Below are positions 27,030-32,978 of a DNA stretch of 32,978 nucleotides, piece after piece. Origin of the DNA: Burkholderiales bacterium. Lineage in GTDB: Bacteria; Pseudomonadota; Gammaproteobacteria; Burkholderiales; SG8-41. Position 1 is the stretch's first letter; each line of letters begins with the position of its first letter. Where the stretch lies: contig SYEN01000053.1 of NCBI GenBank assembly GCA_005800795.1, forward strand, positions 1-32,978, read 5' to 3'. Under the pieces are notes generated by a model. It was not told the origin of the DNA. It did not search any database and saw only the letters and a list, made by a program, of their open reading frames with translations. Position numbers and translations under genes: made by a program.

Positions 27030-27662
27030 ATGGCGAAGGGACTACTCGTAGCAGGCTTTGACTACAGCATGGTGGATGCTGGCGAATTCAACGATTGGTA
27101 TGACACCGAGCATCTGCCCGAGCGGCAGCGCTGTGCAGGCTTTATCAATTGCGTGCGCTGGCACGCCGTCGATAACCCGAAGGTGGCAATTGCCACTTAT
27201 GATCTGGAATCGCACGCGGTGCTGCACAGCCCGCCGTATCAGGCCATTGGCCGCGAGAATCTGTCGCCGTGGAGCAAGCGCATGACGGCGAAGGCCAAGC
27301 GCTTGCTGCGCATCGAAGGGGAGCAACTCGCGCCCGGCGATCAGGTCATGCAGGGCACTACCAACTACATCATGGTCAACGCCAGCCAGATTCCCCCTGA
27401 TGCGATTGAGGAAGTCAAACGCTGGTACCGCGAGGAGCACGTAGTACGTCTGGGCGCTGTTCCCGGTTGCGTGTCGGCACGGCATTTTTTCTCGTACGAC
27501 GGCACGCACAACAGCATCGGCATTTATGAACTGGAGCGTCCGGAAATTTGTGCCTCAGACGTGTGGAAGGAAGCCGCGATTACGCCGTGGACGCTTAAGG
27601 TGCGTCCGTTCCTGACCAACCCGTTTCGCGTAGTGCTGCAACGCTATAAGCGGGCAGCGTAG
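27030..27662 (+). CDS. Tandem EthD/DUF4286-like dimeric alpha/beta-barrel protein
   Basis: RBS GGGAGG; internal duplication FNDWYDTEHLPER / VKRWYREEHVVRL, each followed by YxLE and xPW. Confidence 0.75.
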   Translation: MAKGLLVAGFDYSMVDAGEFNDWYDTEHLPERQRCAGFINCVRWHAVDNPKVAIATYDLESHAVLHSPPYQAIGRENLSPWSKRMTAKAKRLLRIEGEQLAPGDQVMQGTTNYIMVNASQIPPDAIEEVKRWYREEHVVRLGAVPGCVSARHFFSYDGTHNSIGIYELERPEICASDVWKEAAITPWTLKVRPFLTNPFRVVLQRYKRAA

Positions 27663-27899
27663 CACGGCAGGCTACACCGCCCGCCGCAACGCTTCGTGCC
27701 AGAATTGTTACGGTGGCCAAAATACGGGTCATTGTGATGAGGTCTCTGGTACGTGGTGCGTCCTGATGCTACTATTGACACTGTACTCGCGGCGCCCGGT
27801 CGCTGCAGGGTCAACCGGCGCGGCGGCGGTCGCATATGTTTTTGGCATGCTCACCCGCGCGGCTGGTTGATACTCGGCAATTCATTCAAAGGAAGTTAA

Positions 27900-28172
27900 A
27901 TGAAAAAACTGTTTTCCACGCTGATCGCAGGTATCTTTGCCTTGACTACAGTTGGCGCCAGTGCGCAGGTGCCAGCGCCCGCCGCACCCTCTGCACCCAT
28001 TGCACCAGCGGTTCCGGCAGCGCCGGCTAAAGCAGATAAAGCCGACAAAGCCGGCAGCCCCAAGGCGGAAAAAGCCAAGGGCAAAAAGGGTGGCAAGAAA
28101 GGTGGCAAAAAGGGCGGTAAAAAAGGTGGCAAGAAAGCCAAGTCAGACACTGCTGCACCGGCGCCCAAGTAA
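27900..28172 (+). CDS. Small exported Lys/Gly/Pro/Ala-rich low-complexity protein
   Basis: RBS AAGGA; MKKLFSTLIAGIFALTTVGASA signal peptide; (KKGG)4 repeat; followed by a terminator hairpin. Confidence 0.85.
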   Translation: MKKLFSTLIAGIFALTTVGASAQVPAPAAPSAPIAPAVPAAPAKADKADKAGSPKAEKAKGKKGGKKGGKKGGKKGGKKAKSDTAAPAPK

Positions 28173-28200
28173 GCCGGCTGCGTACCGTTTATTCTTGGCA

Positions 28201-28244
28201 GCGAAGGGCTGTCTGGCGTGCCACACGCCCGGCAGCCCTTTTGC
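28201..28244 (+). terminator. Probable intrinsic terminator
   Basis: AAGGGCTGTCTGGCGTG-cca-CACGCCCGGCAGCCCTT stem ending in a TTTT run, about 30 bp after the stop at 28172. Confidence 0.65.
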
Positions 28245-28458
28245 ATTGGGGTTGCCTGAGCCAAGGCGAGCAAGTACCTCTGTAAAAGAATGGCTTATGG
28301 ACATCTCAACAGAGTACGCGTGACCGGTCACGCGAGGGGCCGACCAGGGGCTGCCAGACTAAAGGTGGGGGGCAGCGTGCCTTGTAACAGGCAGTACACG
28401 CAGAAAAAGGCGGGTAGATACACCGTCAGTCCGCTGATATAGCAAGGGGAGAACCACT

Positions 28459-30210
28459 GTGTTATCCAAACTGACGTTGCGGCAAATGCTGACCATTCCG
28501 TATGTGGTGTTGGTCGTACTGGCTGCAGCGGTGATCGGCGTGCTGTCGTATCGCGCGGGCAGCGACGCGGTGGATACGCTGTCCGATCACGTGCTCACCG
28601 AAACCGTGGGCCGCATTTCGCAGGCCGTGGACAAACATGTATCCGGTTCCGAAGCCGTGCTGGAAATTGCGTTTCCCGCCGACGTGCCCGCGCCGCCGTC
28701 GATCAAAGGCGAAGTTGACGCTTTGCGTGCACGTCTGTGGCTGGCGACCACTGTGCATCTGGACTCCAACAATTATGCTTACTATGGCAATCGCAATGGT
28801 CAGTTCATCGGTCTATGGCGCTATTCCGAGGCCGAGGCGGAACTGCGTTTGCGCACCGATTCCGCCACGCCACGGACGATCTACCGCTATGCCCGCATGA
28901 CCGGCGCGCTCAAGGATCCGGTGGTCGAGTCACGCATTTTCGATCCGCGCGAGCGTCCCTGGTACAAGGCGGGGCAAAGCGCGGCCATGCAGACCTGGAC
29001 GTCGGTCTACATCGACTTCAAGACGTTGGAGCTGGTGGCCACGCGCGCACGGCGCGTCAGTAACGCGGCAGGCGAATTCGAGGGCGTGGTGGCGACTGAT
29101 TTGTCGCTGGAGCATTTGAACCGGTTTCTCAGATCATTGAAACTCAGTCCCAACGGTTTTGCTTTTATCGTCGAACCCGACGGCAATTTGATCGCGACAT
29201 CACGTGGGCCGCACATACGCAAAGGCGTAGGCGATAACAACGAGCGGCTAAGCGCGGCTGCGAGCGATGATCCGATGATTGTGGCGACATACCACGCGGT
29301 CAACGCGCTGACCACGCGTGCCGACGCGAAGAAAGGTTTCAGCACCAGCGCCTTTAAGGGGCCGGATGGCCGTGTCATTCAAGCGGGCTACGCGCGGTTA
29401 CGTGACAAGGCGGGGCTGGATTGGACCGTCGCCGTGGCGGTGCCGCGCAGCGATTTCATGCAGAAAGTCACCGACAACGTGCGCCAGACCGCCGCGCTGT
29501 CGCTGCTCATGTGTTTGTTGATTGGCGTCACCGGTTTCATGGTGCTCAGTGTCATCGCCGACAACCTGCGCCGTTTGGCGCGCGCTGCGCGCCGGTTCGG
29601 CGACGGCGTATTGGACGAGAAAATTCCCGTCGACCGCACCGATGAAATCGGCGAACTCGCCAAGTCGTTTGCCAGCATGCAAAAGCAGTTGCTGACCGAC
29701 CGGCTTACCGGCATCGCCAATCGCGAATCCGTGGCGCGGCGTATTGAAGATCGCATCGTTCGGCAGCGCCGCCGCGGCGACAGCCATCCCTTTGCCGTGC
29801 TATTCGTGGATTTGAACAAGTTCAAGCATATCAACGATTACTTTGGACACGACGTAGGAGACGCCGTGCTGGCCGAAATTGCGGCGCGTCTCGCCGCCAA
29901 CGTGCGGGACGATGACCTTGCTGCGCGCTTTGGCGGCGATGAATTCGTGGTGTTACTGGAAAACGTGGCCAACCGGGTCGATGCGATGAGCGCACGCGAC
30001 AAACTCGAGCGTGTGCTGGCTGAGCCGTTGAAGTCACTGGAAGGTCTGGCGGTTGAAAAACTGCCGCCAGGCGCCGGCGCCGCGATCGGCGTCGCGGTGT
30101 GCCCCGACGACGGCCATGATCTGGAGACGCTCATCAAGCGCGCGGACTACGACATGTACCAGCGCAAGCCGCCGCAGACTGGCGGCGATGCCAAGCCCCA
30201 CGCCGTTTGA
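28459..30210 (+). CDS. Membrane-bound diguanylate cyclase (TM-dCache-TM-HAMP-GGDEF)
   Basis: Two hydrophobic helices; FDPRERPWY..WTSVYID Cache motif; DEIGELAKSF HAMP; DRLTGIANR, DLNKFKHIND.FGHDVGD and RDDD..RFGGDEF (RxxD I-site plus intact active site). Confidence 0.93.
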   Translation: MLSKLTLRQMLTIPYVVLVVLAAAVIGVLSYRAGSDAVDTLSDHVLTETVGRISQAVDKHVSGSEAVLEIAFPADVPAPPSIKGEVDALRARLWLATTVHLDSNNYAYYGNRNGQFIGLWRYSEAEAELRLRTDSATPRTIYRYARMTGALKDPVVESRIFDPRERPWYKAGQSAAMQTWTSVYIDFKTLELVATRARRVSNAAGEFEGVVATDLSLEHLNRFLRSLKLSPNGFAFIVEPDGNLIATSRGPHIRKGVGDNNERLSAAASDDPMIVATYHAVNALTTRADAKKGFSTSAFKGPDGRVIQAGYARLRDKAGLDWTVAVAVPRSDFMQKVTDNVRQTAALSLLMCLLIGVTGFMVLSVIADNLRRLARAARRFGDGVLDEKIPVDRTDEIGELAKSFASMQKQLLTDRLTGIANRESVARRIEDRIVRQRRRGDSHPFAVLFVDLNKFKHINDYFGHDVGDAVLAEIAARLAANVRDDDLAARFGGDEFVVLLENVANRVDAMSARDKLERVLAEPLKSLEGLAVEKLPPGAGAAIGVAVCPDDGHDLETLIKRADYDMYQRKPPQTGGDAKPHAV

Positions 30211-30217
30211 TTGACAG

Positions 30218-32170
30218 CTAACGCGGGAAGGGCTTACGGACGGCCTCGCTGTTTGCCCACGCCTCATAGCGTTGAACGTCCTCCTGCAGCAGGAGCCGTG
30301 AAGCCACCAGCGCGTTCGCCGCATCAGTCAGCTGTTTCACATAGGCTGCGTGCGTACCGTAGCGTTCTTCCAGCGATGGACGTGGATCGCCCCGCGTCTC
30401 GCGTTCGGCGCGCGTGGCGGCAAACGGGCTGAACGAGCCGTCACGGTCGCCCAGCTCGCCCTCGACGTAGGGAGCTTTGTAGAGATTCCAGCCGGTGTAG
30501 GTGCCGAGTGGCACAGTGATATCCGGCAGCCGGATGCCGGCGACCTCGTTGCCGTCGGCGTCAACATTCGTGATCAGCGGTTGGTACGGCTTGCTCATGT
30601 CCATTTCCGGATGGGTCCAGTCTTTAAGCACGCCGAACACATGCACCTTGCGAGCGATGGCCATGCCGGGGATTGCAGGAAACGACAGTTTCTCCACCGG
30701 CACCAGCGTGTTATCGGCGATACGCGGTGTTTGCGAGGGTGGAGGAGACTTGCCGTCGACCCAGTCCGCCAGCGCCAGCAGGAGCGCGCGCATCGCAGGC
30801 GTCGGGCTGTGCGGGTTGCGCGAATTCATGTTATTGCCCAGTGTGGAAGTCATCCACGCCTGCCCCGCGTGCTGCGTGCCGGCGATGAGATAGACACGCG
30901 CATCGCCGGGCAGCACGATGTCCTTTTGCCCCAGCGGATCCGTCGTCAGCATCGACGCGCCTTTTTGCCAATACTCGGTGGAAGTATTGCTCTCCATCCA
31001 TAGCGGATCAAAGCCGTCGTTGCGCAGAATGCTGCCGGTTTTGCCGGTGACCGGATCGGTCATGCGTGCGGCGGAGAACGGAAAGGCGTTCTCCGGCATC
31101 ATGTGATCCTCGAACTGCGTGCTGGTGCGTCCGGGCTGGCCGAACGCGGCGTTGAGAAACACGCCGCCCACGCCTGCAGTGTGAGCGTACGTGCCGTCGA
31201 ACACCTTGCGCGCGCGCGTGTCCTGATTGAAACCCTGATGGATAAAATCACGCAAAAAGCGCCCGCTTTGCGAAATGCCGAAGCCCAGCGCGGCCTTGAT
31301 GCCGCGCGCGGGATTCGGCGCGCCTTTTGCGTCCGTGCTTTCATACTTCACGAAAGCAATCAGATCGCGCACGGCCGCCATGCCGACGCCCAGCACGCGC
31401 GGGTCTTTCGCGGAATAGTGAAACTCGTATAGGGATCCGGTAACCGGTTTTGTGCCATCCGGCAATAAGCGGATTTCGCGATCATTCACATAAGCCCAGC
31501 CGCTTGCCGGAATGGCTTGCCGCACATCGGCCTCGCGGCGGCGCAGGGTGAGTTTTGCCTGCGCTTGATCGGTGGTGAACGCGTTGTGCGACAGACGAAA
31601 CGTTTCGCGCGGCGGGTTGCGTGTGCCGCTGACCAGTTCGTCGCGAATCACGCGCACGATGGGTTTGCCGTTGTCGGTGGCGATGATGGGCTTCATGCCC
31701 ATGCCGTTGTTGGCGCGCGGGGCGTCCGGGTCCCAACCGCTCCACAAAATTGTGTAACCCAGCCGGAACAACAGACCGTTGCCCGCGTCTTCGAGCGTGC
31801 GTGGATCGTTGGCGTGCGCGGGCGTGGCGGGCCGTGCGTCCATCAACCGCCAGTGGATATTTTTGCGTCCGCGGTTGGTTACGTCGTAAACCAGTTTGCC
31901 GTTACCGCGTGCGTCATCGACAGGCCGCAGCATGAAAAAATCCACTTCATATTCGACTCGGCCAGCGGCATTGCGCGGAGCCTTGTCGAGATTGACAATG
32001 ATTTTGTTGCGCGCATCGGCGGGATCAAGTGAGCCCTTGAAAGTGCCGCGCACGCGTTCGTAGGCGCCGGTGTCGCCGAAAGCGGCGCCATCGGCGAAGG
32101 GTTCGACGGCGGCGATGTGGAATTCAATAAGATGGGTGTTGGCGGCGTTCATGATGGGCGGTGTTGTCAA
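30218..32170 (-). CDS. Alpha/beta-hydrolase-domain protein
   Basis: GISQSG nucleophile elbow; NTSTEYW, AGTQH, DADGNEVAGIRLP and DPRPSLEERY motifs; start could be ATG 32152. Confidence 0.85.
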   Translation of the reverse strand: MTTPPIMNAANTHLIEFHIAAVEPFADGAAFGDTGAYERVRGTFKGSLDPADARNKIIVNLDKAPRNAAGRVEYEVDFFMLRPVDDARGNGKLVYDVTNRGRKNIHWRLMDARPATPAHANDPRTLEDAGNGLLFRLGYTILWSGWDPDAPRANNGMGMKPIIATDNGKPIVRVIRDELVSGTRNPPRETFRLSHNAFTTDQAQAKLTLRRREADVRQAIPASGWAYVNDREIRLLPDGTKPVTGSLYEFHYSAKDPRVLGVGMAAVRDLIAFVKYESTDAKGAPNPARGIKAALGFGISQSGRFLRDFIHQGFNQDTRARKVFDGTYAHTAGVGGVFLNAAFGQPGRTSTQFEDHMMPENAFPFSAARMTDPVTGKTGSILRNDGFDPLWMESNTSTEYWQKGASMLTTDPLGQKDIVLPGDARVYLIAGTQHAGQAWMTSTLGNNMNSRNPHSPTPAMRALLLALADWVDGKSPPPSQTPRIADNTLVPVEKLSFPAIPGMAIARKVHVFGVLKDWTHPEMDMSKPYQPLITNVDADGNEVAGIRLPDITVPLGTYTGWNLYKAPYVEGELGDRDGSFSPFAATRAERETRGDPRPSLEERYGTHAAYVKQLTDAANALVASRLLLQEDVQRYEAWANSEAVRKPFPR

Positions 32171-32221
32171 GGCTATGGATTTGCGGAAAAAGCGTCAGAC
32201 GCAACGCACAAGGATGTGATA

Positions 32222-32237
32222 TAACTAATTGATTTAA
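32222..32237 (-). promoter_or_regulatory. IHF-consensus site
   Basis: Reverse complement TTAAATCAATTAGTTA contains AATCAATTAGTTA, an exact WATCAANNNNTTR match. Confidence 0.5.
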
Positions 32238-32247
32238 TTGATTATTT

Positions 32248-32978
32248 TTATGTGCTCGTCTGGCCGTCCTGTGCGTGCGTGGTGCGCCAGCGCGCATACG
32301 CCAGCGCGATCGCGACGCCCGCGTGCAGCAGCACGATACCCGTAGCCTGCGCCGGATTCGTAAACAGCGGCGGCAGCACCAGATCAGCCAGGAAATCCGC
32401 CCCCACGACCCGCAACAGCCCGGGCAAAATGCCATACAACAGCACCAGATAAAACACCGTGGCGGCCTCCACGCGGCGCGGTTGGCGAGCCAGTGCAAAG
32501 AACTGGAAAATTGCCGCGTCGCGCAGGATGAACAGCATTACCGCAATGGGCGCCAGCCCAACATCGTGCAAAAACGACTCCTTGCCGCTCCCCGTCGAGG
32601 TAAACGTCGCGCCTGCCGCGAAGACCAGTCCGCTGGCCAGCGCCACCAGCCACAACGGCAATTCCTGCAGCGCACGGCGCCATTGTCCGCCAGTGATGCG
32701 TACGCGCAGGCGCTGCCACGCGGTAGCACCACTTTTTTCGGTGAACAGCATGAGATAGGTGAACCCGCCTGCGACCACCACACCGCAGGCAAGAATGCCG
32801 AATAGCGCCTTGGGATCATTGTGAGTGCCGCGCATGGCGAAGCCGGCAAAGTACACGGCGGCAAACACGATGAATGCCGGTAGCGCCCACGGGGTGGTAC
32901 GAATTTCGAGTTCGTTGCACATGGAGCGATAGGCGCCCAGCAGCGCCCACGCAGCGAACGCGGTGGCGGTGCCCAGCA
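32248..32978 (-). CDS. Multi-pass membrane protein, 5' end outside the window (possibly ABC-2 permease-like)
   Basis: Frame stays open to the window edge (LGTATAFAAWALLGAYRSMCNEL..); six or more hydrophobic segments. Confidence 0.75.
   Translation of the reverse strand, partial: LGTATAFAAWALLGAYRSMCNELEIRTTPWALPAFIVFAAVYFAGFAMRGTHNDPKALFGILACGVVVAGGFTYLMLFTEKSGATAWQRLRVRITGGQWRRALQELPLWLVALASGLVFAAGATFTSTGSGKESFLHDVGLAPIAVMLFILRDAAIFQFFALARQPRRVEAATVFYLVLLYGILPGLLRVVGADFLADLVLPPLFTNPAQATGIVLLHAGVAIALAYARWRTTHAQDGQTST

Noticed and set aside
28245-28458. c-di-GMP riboswitch upstream of the diguanylate cyclase
   Set aside because: I could not match the GEMM consensus by eye; an Rfam scan would be needed.

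Overview
GC-rich bacterial window whose gene set suggests a Betaproteobacterium (inference). (1) tRNA-Ile2(CAT) at 26-101, then about 1.07 kb that is probably non-coding. (2) A five-gene, roughly 14 kb + strand operon (1175-15027) of Sec-exported DUF11-like Ig-fold proteins plus a 2014-aa predicted outer-membrane beta-barrel protein. This is the main discovery. The C-terminal Ig domains of four of the proteins stop short of the last beta-hairpin, which carries the conserved Asn. The mature N-termini of three proteins begin with that missing hairpin. The pattern predicts a head-to-tail fibre built by donor-strand complementation and possibly locked by isopeptide bonds: a donor-only membrane anchor/translocon, two donor+acceptor shaft subunits, an acceptor-only propeller tip adhesin and a small acceptor-only chaperone/cap. 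Both shaft genes carry a single-base lesion (one frameshift, one in-frame TAG). (3) A CoA-dependent catabolic cluster (15187-27662) resembling the ali/bad alicyclic-acid beta-oxidation set, with extra CoA-transferases, an Asp/Glu-racemase-superfamily isomerase, EthD-like proteins, a Bug/TctC remnant and intergenic repeats. (4) A small Lys-rich exported protein, a Cache-HAMP-GGDEF diguanylate cyclase, an alpha/beta hydrolase and a partial membrane protein. No CRISPR array, integrase or transposase was seen. All family assignments come from reading motifs by eye; no searches were run.
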